The notes under the pieces are model-generated. The model searched no databases, was not told the origin of the DNA, and worked only from the letters and a program-made list of their open reading frames with translations. A program made the translations under genes and the position numbers. 64,000 nucleotides of DNA from an uncultured delta proteobacterium (GTDB lineage: Bacteria; Desulfobacterota; RBG-13-43-22), in contig CAWJJC010000020.1 in the NCBI GenBank assembly GCA_963843145.1, forward strand, positions 672,001 to 736,000, written 5' to 3'. Shown one piece after another: positions 9,390 through 18,270 of the stretch. Positions within the stretch are counted from its first letter, which is position 1, and each line of letters opens with the position of its first letter.

Positions 9390-10418
9390 ATGGAAAATTC
9401 AAAACCGACCAACGAACAATGGACCGCCCTGTATGAAGCGGCCGCGGCTTTTAAGCAAACCGCCCCCTGGAAATGGATGTACGACAGCGAGCTCTTCGGG
9501 GTGCAGGACCCGGAAAGCGGGGAGGTGGGTTACTGCTGTGTTCTAGGCAGCCTGGGGGAAGTGCTGGGATTGAATGTTTATCTGGGGGCTCGGGGATTGA
9601 GCAGATATCTGGAGATGTATGAAGCGGAGCATCCTGAAAAAGATCCTGATATGCCCTATAAACAGGACCTCCTGGTGGCCCATTTCGATGACCGGTCCTT
9701 TATGGAACCCGAGGATTTGAAGCGGGTCAAGGTCCTGGGGTATTCCTTCAAAGGTAAAAAAGCCTGGCCCTGGTTTCGAAGATACGAACCGGGGTTCTAT
9801 CCAAGGCAAATTAATGAATCCGAAGTGGTCTTTCTAACGCAGGCCTTGAGGCAAGCCATTGAAATGGCCAAACGATTGAAAGAGAATCCAGCCATGTTGG
9901 AAAAAGCCGGGAACCAAGTCTGTCTGGTCCGGGTTCCGTCGATCCAGGAAGAACAGATAACCTGGGAAGACGTTTGGCAAGAGATTCCTTTGCTTAAACC
10001 GGCGGCCATCCAAGTCCCGCCGGTTGATGAACTACGCCTGAAAAAATTAAAGAAGGAAGTTCGTCGCCTTGGAGGGGTTTGGGAAGGGGATTATTTTTTC
10101 AGTCCGGCGGTAATTCAAGAAGGGGGACGGCCCTATTATCCGCAAACCGTCCTCTGGGTTCACCAGGAATCCGGCCAGATCCTGGCCGGGGAATTTTTCC
10201 CTCATCAGGGGTTCGAAAAGGCCTTTCAAGATCATTTTATGACCCTGATCGAGAAACTGGATGCGGTCCCTCAGGAAATCCAGGTTAAGAGGATCGAGGT
10301 GTTACAGTTGCTGCAGCCGGTCATTGACTATTTGAAAATATCCGCAGCTTTAAAGAAAAATCTTCCCGGTTTGGAGGAAGCCCGCCGGGCGATGGAGGAA
10401 TTTTTAAGACGGAAATAG
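9390..10418 (+). CDS. Conserved hypothetical protein
   Basis: 342-aa ORF with a protein-like pattern (APWKWMYDSELFGVQDP, GYCCVLGSLGE, WPWFRRYEPGFYP). Function not recognised. Confidence 0.8.
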   Translation: MENSKPTNEQWTALYEAAAAFKQTAPWKWMYDSELFGVQDPESGEVGYCCVLGSLGEVLGLNVYLGARGLSRYLEMYEAEHPEKDPDMPYKQDLLVAHFDDRSFMEPEDLKRVKVLGYSFKGKKAWPWFRRYEPGFYPRQINESEVVFLTQALRQAIEMAKRLKENPAMLEKAGNQVCLVRVPSIQEEQITWEDVWQEIPLLKPAAIQVPPVDELRLKKLKKEVRRLGGVWEGDYFFSPAVIQEGGRPYYPQTVLWVHQESGQILAGEFFPHQGFEKAFQDHFMTLIEKLDAVPQEIQVKRIEVLQLLQPVIDYLKISAALKKNLPGLEEARRAMEEFLRRK

Positions 10419-10428
10419 GCCCAAAATA

Positions 10429-10455
10429 AAAGGGCCTCAAAAACCGAGGCCCTTT
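10429..10455. terminator. Bidirectional intrinsic terminator
   Basis: AAAGGGCCTC-aaaaacc-GAGGCCCTTT between convergent genes. Confidence 0.8.
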
Positions 10456-10494
10456 ACGTTAATTCGATTTTCTCTTTTTTCAGCGCGGGGTCAT

Positions 10495-11121
10495 TTATTT
10501 TTTTGGCAGTATCCTCACGTCAATTTCCCCCTTCAGCAGTTTCTTGAACTCCTCCGCATCCTGGTCCGAACCGACGATGGCGCCATAATGGATGGGGATG
10601 GCAATTTGAGGCTTGATGGCCCGGGCGGCCTCGGCGGCCTGTTTAGCCGTCATGACGTAGGTGCCGGAAACCGGCAGGAAAGCGATGTCCGTTTTCAAGG
10701 TTTTCATTTCCGGGATGAAATCGGCGTCGCCCGGGTGATAGATCCGGACCCCTTCGATAGTGACGATGAAACCCAGCCAGTTGTTTTTTTTGGGGTGAAA
10801 ATCCTTGTCCGTATTATAGGCCGGGACGGCTTCGATGGTCATCCCTTCCCATTGTTTCACCTCGCCCGGTTTCATGGTCTCCACTTGGCCGCTTAGTTTT
10901 TTAGCGGAGGCCGGCTCGGTGATGATCAGGGTGTCCTTGGTCTGGATCTTGGCCACGTCCTCCGGGGAGCAGTGGTCGAAATGGTCATGGGTGATCAGGA
11001 TCAGGTCCGCCGGAGGCCCCCCGGCAATCTGGAAGGGGTCAAAATAGATGGTTTTTTTGTTCTGGTAGAGGATGCCGTCGTGACCCAGCCAGGATAGCTT
11101 TTTGAAAACTTCCTCAATCAT
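10495..11121 (-). CDS. Metallo-beta-lactamase-fold hydrolase (UlaG-like)
   Basis: WLGH, THDHFDH, YHPGD and IPIHYG motifs. Confidence 0.92.
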   Translation of the reverse strand: MIEEVFKKLSWLGHDGILYQNKKTIYFDPFQIAGGPPADLILITHDHFDHCSPEDVAKIQTKDTLIITEPASAKKLSGQVETMKPGEVKQWEGMTIEAVPAYNTDKDFHPKKNNWLGFIVTIEGVRIYHPGDADFIPEMKTLKTDIAFLPVSGTYVMTAKQAAEAARAIKPQIAIPIHYGAIVGSDQDAEEFKKLLKGEIDVRILPKK

Positions 11122-11160
11122 AAAATCCTCCTTAAAGGGAAAAGCGGTCCGCCGCCCGAA

Positions 11161-11349
11161 TTATTTCGATTCCAGGATAATTTTGTGATCTACCAAAGAC
11201 AATTTTTTTATTTTCGCCGGCAGTACCTTCTGCTCGCCGAAGATATTCACCAAGCGGATATTCCCATTTTCCTGTTCGAGGATATCCACGCTTTCCAGGA
11301 CCAGTTCCTCCTGGCCGTCCCGCAGGATAAAGGCCGATGCTTCACACAT
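11161..11349 (-). CDS. cooT: CooT family nickel-binding protein
   Basis: 62 aa starting MCEA..., with IFGEQK and LVDHKIIL; GGAGG RBS upstream. Confidence 0.85.
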   Translation of the reverse strand: MCEASAFILRDGQEELVLESVDILEQENGNIRLVNIFGEQKVLPAKIKKLSLVDHKIILESK

Positions 11350-11350
11350 G

Positions 11351-11758
11351 TTACTGAACCTCCTTTAAACGAAGAATTATCTTATCTACTAAATGAGGGA
11401 GCGGTTCCGATACAAACCCCATGATTTCCACGTTTTCCTGAGAAAGGGGAATGAGCAGTTTCAGGGCCGGGCATTCGGCCACGGCCTGGGCGATAGCCGG
11501 CGATACTTCCCCCATCATGGCTTGAGCCAGGACGATCCCGATGGGGCCCACGATAACGTCCATTTTAGGCGCCGTTTGAATGATGGCGTTCTCCCCGGTA
11601 GCCCCTTTGTTGGCCCGGGCCTTGATCATCTGGGCCGTGGCAATGGAATTGGTGCCTAAGGCGATGATCTGGACGGATTCGCCGAATTCCTCGCGCAACC
11701 TTTTGATCACGGCGCTCCCGATCCCGCCGCCTTGTCCGTCCACCACCGCGATTTTCAT
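11351..11758 (-). CDS. DUF3842 family protein
   Basis: IAVVDGQGGGIG, ALGTNSIATAQM and GATGENAI signatures. Confidence 0.85.
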   Translation of the reverse strand: MKIAVVDGQGGGIGSAVIKRLREEFGESVQIIALGTNSIATAQMIKARANKGATGENAIIQTAPKMDVIVGPIGIVLAQAMMGEVSPAIAQAVAECPALKLLIPLSQENVEIMGFVSEPLPHLVDKIILRLKEVQ

Positions 11759-11850
11759 TGATATCATTCCTTTATTCCAGTTGTTTTATTATCTTAACAA
11801 AAAATACGCCTGGAAACAAGCTCAAGGATCAAACCGCCATATTCCGTTCG

Positions 11851-12873
11851 CTAAAATTCATCGCCAATCTGCAATAACACTTTAACGGCCAGACCGGGGT
11901 CAATTCTTTCCCGGTACACTTCCGGTAACTTTTCCAAGGGGATCAGGTCGGAAACCAGGGGGTGGGCATCAACCTGGCCTGCGGCCATCCAATTCAAACA
12001 CTGTATATTCTCCGCATGGGTATTGGAGATGGAGGCCGTCAGCTTAACTTCCTTGAAATTGATCAGGTAAGGTTCGGGTATTTCCAGGGGTTTGAACAGT
12101 ACGCTGACGATGCAGATCTGCCCGCAGTCAGCCGCCAGATGAACGGCGCGACCGACATTGGCCGTTACCCCCGAGCATTCGAATATCTTATTAAACCCGC
12201 CTTCGACCATAGAGCTGACCTGCAAATCGAGATCCTTTTCCCCGGGATCAAATACCCCGTCGGCCCCGAATCCCAGGGCGATCTCTCTTTTTTCTTTGAG
12301 CGGCTCGAAGAGGACCACGGGGTGGTAACCAAGAATTTTCAGGATCCTGACTGCGGAGAGGCCGATGGGGCCGCCGCCCATGACCAAGGCAGGACCGATT
12401 TCAGATCCGGTACAGTTTACGGCGTGTAAGGCGGAAGCAAAGGTCTCGGCCAGGGCCGCGTTGCGGGAATCCACCCCTTCGGGTATGGGAATCAACATCT
12501 GAGGGAAGACCTTGACATATTCGGCAAAACCGCCGGGTAAGTCACCGATGCCCGTGGTTCGACGATGAACCCGGCAAAGGTGCGGTCTACCCCTAAGGCA
12601 GTTGGCGCACTGGCCACAATAGGTCGGACGGATGCAGACCTTCGTGCCCAGGGGAGGTCCGTCGGCGTCTGCGCCTTTTTCAACCAAAACGGCACTGATC
12701 TCGTGACCCAGTATCGTGCCGTCGGGCATGAACCCGCCGGCCACCAATGAATGATCCGACCCGCAAAAGCCGGTATTGACCACTTTGACCAAAACCTCAT
12801 CTGCCTTTAGCTGGTAATCGGGAACCTCCTCATAGACCAGCCCGCTGGACGGGCGAAAAACAACGGCCTTCAT
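11851..12873 (-). CDS. Zinc-dependent medium-chain alcohol dehydrogenase
   Basis: CGSD, GHE, CxxCxxCx7C structural zinc site, and GGGPIG. Confidence 0.93.
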   Translation of the reverse strand: MKAVVFRPSSGLVYEEVPDYQLKADEVLVKVVNTGFCGSDHSLVAGGFMPDGTILGHEISAVLVEKGADADGPPLGTKVCIRPTYCGQCANCLRGRPHLCRVHRRTTGIGDLPGGFAEYVKVFPQMLIPIPEGVDSRNAALAETFASALHAVNCTGSEIGPALVMGGGPIGLSAVRILKILGYHPVVLFEPLKEKREIALGFGADGVFDPGEKDLDLQVSSMVEGGFNKIFECSGVTANVGRAVHLAADCGQICIVSVLFKPLEIPEPYLINFKEVKLTASISNTHAENIQCLNWMAAGQVDAHPLVSDLIPLEKLPEVYRERIDPGLAVKVLLQIGDEF

Positions 12874-12901
12874 CGTTTGCTCCTATATTCATTTTCTTCC
12901 G

Positions 12902-14200
12902 TTAATCCTCGCATTCTAGCGTAACCTTTTCCACCTTGTTCAGATCTTTTTCATAAAAGAAGGACCCGGCAAAAAAAAGCAGGGCCGACAGCAGAAGAAA
13001 AATGGGCAGGATAGTCATGGCCACTTTGATGCCGTATACATCGGAAATCGCCCCGATCACGATCGGAGCCAGCGAGGCCCCGAGGAGATTCTGAAAAACG
13101 ACACAGATGGAATAAGAGATCGCCCGAAGTCCGGGGTGGACCACCTCCTGGGTAACGGTGATGGCCGCCGGGGAAAAGGCGCTGGCTACGATGCCCATAA
13201 GCAGGAGCAGCAGGTACTGGGCCTTTCCCTCAAGAAAGGAAAAGGCGATAAACAGGATGACGGCATTCAAGGCGGTCGTAATGGCCGGGAAGAGGAGTCG
13301 TGCACTCACCCGCTTCTTAAACCACATATCGGCCAACCATCCCCCCAGTGGGAGGCCGATGATGGCCAGCAGCATGAGCAGACCTGTTTTCATGCCCGCC
13401 TGACTGATAGGGAGACCGTCCACACGGTGAAAATAGGTGGGGAGCCAGGTAATGATAGCATTGTTGGCAAAGATGCAGCCGACAAATCCGAGATTGGTCA
13501 GAATCAGGGAAGGAACATGGAGGAAGGCGCGAAAGATATCCATCTTGCTCATTTTGACCCGGTTCCGGCCGGGTTCACAGGAATCCACCGTCTTGACCAG
13601 TTCTACGGTCTTATAGTCCTTGACGAAGAAGAAAAGGATGGCCACGAGCGCTCCGGGAAGGGCTACCAGGCCGAAGGCATGCCGCCACCCCCAGGTTTGG
13701 GCCACGTAGCCGCCGATACCAATGCCGACGGCGATACCGAGGGGAATAGAGATATTCCAAAGACCCATCATGCGGGAACGTTTTTCCGGGGGAAACAGAC
13801 CCGAGAGCATAGCCGTGCCGGCGGGGGCATAGCCGGCCTCCCCGATACCAATGCCGGAGCGGGCCATCAGCAACTGGGGGAAGCTCTTGGTAAAGGCGCA
13901 GGCTACCGTGGCGGCCGTCCAGAGCAGGGCCATGACGCCGATGGTTTTTTTTCGGCTCCAGCGGTCCACGAGGATCGAGACGGGAAAGACAAAGGCGACA
14001 ATGGACCAGTAAACGGCCGACACAAGCATGCCGGATTCGGCGTCCGTCAGTCCATATTCTATTTTAATGAACGGGAAAAGGGAGGTTACGATCATCCGGT
14101 CGACATAATCGAAAAAATAAAGCAGGAACAGCAGGGTGAAGATATAATAGGAACTTCCTTTGGACAGCTTGTATTCCTTGGGTGTAGTCAGGCCATTCAT
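12902..14200 (-). CDS. MFS transporter (spinster-like)
   Basis: About 12 hydrophobic segments; FDYVDR, DRWSRK and RSGIGIGEAG motifs. Confidence 0.93.
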   Translation of the reverse strand: MNGLTTPKEYKLSKGSSYYIFTLLFLLYFFDYVDRMIVTSLFPFIKIEYGLTDAESGMLVSAVYWSIVAFVFPVSILVDRWSRKKTIGVMALLWTAATVACAFTKSFPQLLMARSGIGIGEAGYAPAGTAMLSGLFPPEKRSRMMGLWNISIPLGIAVGIGIGGYVAQTWGWRHAFGLVALPGALVAILFFFVKDYKTVELVKTVDSCEPGRNRVKMSKMDIFRAFLHVPSLILTNLGFVGCIFANNAIITWLPTYFHRVDGLPISQAGMKTGLLMLLAIIGLPLGGWLADMWFKKRVSARLLFPAITTALNAVILFIAFSFLEGKAQYLLLLLMGIVASAFSPAAITVTQEVVHPGLRAISYSICVVFQNLLGASLAPIVIGAISDVYGIKVAMTILPIFLLLSALLFFAGSFFYEKDLNKVEKVTLECED

Positions 14201-14252
14201 AAGGGCTCCTTATATCATTAAAAGGTTCACTGGGCAAACAGGTCTTTAACGC

Positions 14253-14283
14253 TCAGGTCCGATCGACCGGTCGAACGACCTGA
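14253..14283. promoter_or_regulatory. Palindrome upstream of the MFS gene (candidate operator)
   Basis: TCAGGTC-cga-TCGACCGGTCGA-ac-GACCTGA. Confidence 0.45.
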
Positions 14284-14523
14284 TTCGGTTCTCCAGCGGT
14301 GCTTTAACTAACCTGATTTTTTTATCAAGGCTGGCGAAAAGGTCTCCTCGTTCGAATTTGCCGAATATAGCATAAAATCCTCCTGATAGGGGTGTAAAGC
14401 CTCTTTCCCCTGGGTTGATTGGACGTTGACAAATCGAGGAATTCCAACCAATATAAAACCCGGCAAGTTTACCAGTTAAACGGAGCCTAACGTTTCTGCC
14501 TTAATAGAATGGTCCGGTTTAGT

Positions 14524-15222
14524 ATGACGACCTTAAAAAGCAATGTTAGGGAAGCGCCGGCAACCGAATTTCTGAAAGAAGTTCCGGCCAGTCCGACATT
14601 CCTGAACCTTCCGGAAGCCAAGCGGGATCGAATTATCTTGGCGGCCACCCGGGAATTTTCAGAAAAGGGATACCAGGGAGCTTCCATCAACACCCTGGTG
14701 GACGACCTGGGAATCTCCAAGGGATCGATATTCCAATATTTTTCTAACAAGAAAGGCCTTTTTCTCTTTATCTTCCAGGCGGCGGTGGCCCAGGTCCGCA
14801 AAACCCTGGTAATGGTAAAAGAAGAAACCGAGGAACTGGAGGTCTTTGAACGAATCAGGAGTTCACTCCTGGCCGGAGTCGATTTCGTTCGTCGGCATCC
14901 CCATATCTATAGAATCTATTTGAAATTACTATTCGATCGGGACGCCCCTTTCCGCAATGAGCTGCTTCAGGCCGTTCGATTATTTTCCGCCGAATATCTG
15001 GGTTCTCTGGTGCGAAAGGGGATGGACCGGGGGGAGATCCGCCGGGATATCGCCCCGGAACAGGCGGTCTTTATCCTGGACGCGGTGCTGGACCGATACC
15101 TGCAAGCCTATATGGTTCCTTATCTGGACCACAGAGGCAATATCTACCGGGTGGATCAAAAAAAGGTGGAAGAGTGGGCGGTCGGACTGGTTACTATTTT
15201 GCGAAAAGGCTTGCAAGGATAG
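14524..15222 (+). CDS. TetR/AcrR family transcriptional regulator (start uncertain)
   Basis: TFLNLPEAKRDRIILAATREFSEKGY...ISKGSIFQYFSNKKGLF helix-turn-helix. Confidence 0.92.
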   Translation: MTTLKSNVREAPATEFLKEVPASPTFLNLPEAKRDRIILAATREFSEKGYQGASINTLVDDLGISKGSIFQYFSNKKGLFLFIFQAAVAQVRKTLVMVKEETEELEVFERIRSSLLAGVDFVRRHPHIYRIYLKLLFDRDAPFRNELLQAVRLFSAEYLGSLVRKGMDRGEIRRDIAPEQAVFILDAVLDRYLQAYMVPYLDHRGNIYRVDQKKVEEWAVGLVTILRKGLQG

Positions 15223-15259
15223 TTTTTTTTCTTTATAAAATGACCAGGTGGTCATTTTA
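15211..15259 (+). promoter_or_regulatory. Sigma70-type promoter of the mqn operon overlapped by a perfect palindromic operator
   Basis: TTGCAA-N17-TATAAA at 15211-15239; TAAAATGACC-AGGT-GGTCATTTTA at 15236-15259. Confidence 0.75.
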
Positions 15260-15275
15260 GTGGAGGTGTTTAAAA

Positions 15276-16364
15276 GTGCTTGAAGTCAGAGATGCGCGTC
15301 TAATGCCCATCCGGGAAAAGGTTTTATCGGGTGGGCGCTTGGGAAAGGAAGATGGTTTGGCCCTCTATCAAAGCCCTGACCTGCTGGGTGTGGGGGCTTT
15401 GGCCAACCTGGTCCGAGAGAACCGGAACGGCAACCGGGCCTATTACATCGTCAACCAGCATATTAACTATTCGAATATCTGTCAGAACCGCTGCCGTTTC
15501 TGCGCCTTCGGTCGGGACCCGGAGGATCCGCTGGCTTATCAAATGAGCCTGGAGGATATCGAGGCGAAAGTCCGGGAACGGCTGTCCGACCCGATCAGCG
15601 AAATTCACATCGTCGGGGGTATCCATCCCACCCTTCCCTTTGCCTACTACCTGGAAATGCTTCAACGGATTAAAAGAATCCGCCCGTCGGTTCACCTGCA
15701 AGCCTTCACGGCCGTGGAAATCGCCCATTTGGCTCACCTGGCCCAAAAATCCATTGAAGACACCTTGTCGGTCTTGATGGAAGCCGGGTTGGGATCTTTG
15801 CCGGGGGGCGGGGCGGAGGTCTTCAGCTCCCGTATCCGGGAAAACCTCTGCGCCAAAAAACTCCCTTCCCAGGATTGGATTTCCGTTTGCCAGACGGCCC
15901 ACCGTCTCGGACTCCATACCAATGCCACCCTGCTCTACGGCCATCTGGAGACCCTGGAAGAGCGGGTGGACCACTTGCTGGCCCTGCGGAAGGCCCAGGA
16001 TGAGACCGGAGGTTTTCTGACCTTTATCCCGCTCGCTTTCCATCCCAAGAATACCGAGTTGGCGGGAATGGCCGGCACGACCGGCGTGGATGATCTGAAA
16101 AATATCGCCGTGGCTCGCCTGATGCTGGACAACTTTCCCCACATCAAGTCCTTCTGGATCATGATCGGTCCCAAACTGGCCCAGATTTCCCTGTCCTTTG
16201 GAGCCGACGATATAGATGGAACGGTCATTGAAGAACGGATTACCCATATGGCCGGGGCGGAAACCGCCCAAGCCATGACCCGGGAGGAAATTCTTCACCT
16301 GATCCGGGAAGCCGGACGTGAACCGGTGGAGCGGGATACTTTATATAATACTCTAGTCTATTAA
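15276..16364 (+). CDS. mqnE: Aminofutalosine synthase (radical SAM)
   Basis: HINYSNICQNRCRFCAF, EIHIVGG, AFTAVEI, LPGGGAEVF, PHIKSFWIM and EERITHMAGA. Confidence 0.92.
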   Translation: MLEVRDARLMPIREKVLSGGRLGKEDGLALYQSPDLLGVGALANLVRENRNGNRAYYIVNQHINYSNICQNRCRFCAFGRDPEDPLAYQMSLEDIEAKVRERLSDPISEIHIVGGIHPTLPFAYYLEMLQRIKRIRPSVHLQAFTAVEIAHLAHLAQKSIEDTLSVLMEAGLGSLPGGGAEVFSSRIRENLCAKKLPSQDWISVCQTAHRLGLHTNATLLYGHLETLEERVDHLLALRKAQDETGGFLTFIPLAFHPKNTELAGMAGTTGVDDLKNIAVARLMLDNFPHIKSFWIMIGPKLAQISLSFGADDIDGTVIEERITHMAGAETAQAMTREEILHLIREAGREPVERDTLYNTLVY

Positions 16365-16386
16365 ACCTGGTTGCCGCTCAAACCCG

Positions 16387-17407
16387 ATGCGCCTCAATTT
16401 CCAACAAGCCCTGGACTGGTACCAATCGGATCTCCTGACACTCGGGCAAGCCGCCCAGGAGGTTCGCTGGAAGCTCCACCCCGAACCGGTGGTCACTTAT
16501 GTGGTGGACCGGAACATTAATTACACCAATGTCTGCCTTTCCGGCTGCCGTTTTTGCGCTTTTTATCGGCCGGCGGATTCCCCGGAAGCCTATGTGCTGG
16601 ACCGGGAGGTCTTGGGCAAAAAAATTGAAGAAACATTGGCCCTGGGAGGCACCCAGATACTACTTCAGGGCGGGATGCACCCTGCTCTGCCCTTTTCATT
16701 TTATGAGGACTTGCTTCAATGGATCAAGGCCCGTTACCCGATCCACATCCACGGGTTTTCGCCCCCCGAAATCAATCACCTGTCCCGTATAGCGGGGCTG
16801 CCCCTGGAAACGGTTCTAATCCGGCTCAGGGATTCCGGGCTTGGCTCCATTCCCGGGCGGTGGGGCTGAAATACTGGTGGACCGGGTCAGGGAACGGGTT
16901 TCTCCCCGAAAAGGGACGAGCGCCGAGTGGCTTCAGGTCATGGAAACGGCCCACCGTCTCGGGTTGCGAACCACCGCCACCATGATGTTCGGCCATCTGG
17001 AAACGGTCGCAGACCGGATTGAGCACCTCCTGGTCGTTCGAGAACTGCAGGATCGTACCGGCGGCTTCACCGCTTTCATCCCCTGGACCTTCCAGCCGGG
17101 GAATACCGATCTACGGCGGATTCCGGCCGGGGGGACGGAGTACTTGCGTATGCTGGCCTTGTCCCGGTTGGTCCTCGACAACATTCCCAACATCCAGGCT
17201 TCCTGGGTTACCCAGGGGCCCAAGGTCGGACAAATCGCCCTTCTGTTCGGAGCCAACGACCTGGGCAGCACGATGATCGAAGAAAATGTGGTGGCCGCCG
17301 CCGGGGTGGCTTACCGCTTATCTATTGAAGAGCTGGCCCGCCTGATCACGGCCGCCTGTTTTATCCCCCAACAGCGGGACACCTTTTACCAAAAGGTGGC
17401 GGCATGA
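16387..17407 (+). CDS. mqnC: Cyclic dehypoxanthine futalosine synthase (radical SAM), with one extra base near 16856
   Basis: VTYVVDRNINYTNVCLSGCRFCAFYR, then IPGGGAEIL, FIPWTFQPGNT, QASWVTQG and MIEENVVAAAG in the second frame. Confidence 0.9.
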
Positions 17408-18270
17408 CCCCCCGTGTGGCGGTTATCGCCAGGGTTGGAGCTCATCGGTCTTTTCTGGAACAGGGCGCCCGAGAGTTAAATGTTCAGCCCTTGAACACTC
17501 CATTCGGATTAAGCGTTCCGATCCATTTTTTGGAGTCGGAGGGCATCCCCTTTGTGGTCTTATCCCGCCACGGGGAGGACCGATATGCTACCGCGGCCCC
17601 CTTCGTAAACGACCTGGCCAACATCTGGGCACTGAAAGAAGCCGGCATCGAAAAAATCCTGTCCTGGTCGGCCCCCGGTTCTCTGAATCCGAATTTGGCG
17701 CCTGGTTCCCTGGTGGTGGTGGATGATTTGCTGGATGAAACCCGGTCGGGCCCGCGGTCTTTTTTCGAGGGAAAGGGTATCGGGGTAATCCGGCAGGAGG
17801 CTGTGTTTTGTCCGGAGATCAGAGTCTTGATGGTGGAAAAGCTGGCGAACGGACGGTTTCCCCTTCATTCGAAAGGAGTGTATGTCTCCGTGGAAGGGCC
17901 ACGACTGGAAACCAAGGCGGAGATCCGCAAGTATCGTCTGCTAGGAGGAGACCTGATCGGCATGAACCTGGCGCCGGAGGCCTTCCTGGCCAAGGAGCTG
18001 GAGATGTGTTACGGGGCCTTGTGCTATCCCGTCAATTTCGCCGAAGGGGTCAAGGTGCGCCCTTACGTGCGGGGGGTCCTGTTTGAAGGACTGGCCTATC
18101 CCGAGGAAATGGCGCTGGTCAAAGAAGTGGAAGAGGCCTTCCCGGATCTGATCCTGCCTTTATTGGCCCCCTTGACGGAAACCCCCCGCGCCTGCCCCTG
18201 TCCCGTCGCTATGGAGCGCTATAAAATTCGGGGGGACATCGGGGAGGACTTTCACACGTGGATCAAATAA
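17404..18270 (+). CDS. MTAP/PNP-fold nucleoside phosphorylase-like protein (candidate futalosine-cleaving enzyme)
   Basis: TPFG, SRHG, ANIWALKE, EGPRLETKAE, PEAFLAKELEMCY and VNFAEG. Overlaps both neighbouring genes. Confidence 0.88.
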   Translation: MTPRVAVIARVGAHRSFLEQGARELNVQPLNTPFGLSVPIHFLESEGIPFVVLSRHGEDRYATAAPFVNDLANIWALKEAGIEKILSWSAPGSLNPNLAPGSLVVVDDLLDETRSGPRSFFEGKGIGVIRQEAVFCPEIRVLMVEKLANGRFPLHSKGVYVSVEGPRLETKAEIRKYRLLGGDLIGMNLAPEAFLAKELEMCYGALCYPVNFAEGVKVRPYVRGVLFEGLAYPEEMALVKEVEEAFPDLILPLLAPLTETPRACPCPVAMERYKIRGDIGEDFHTWIK

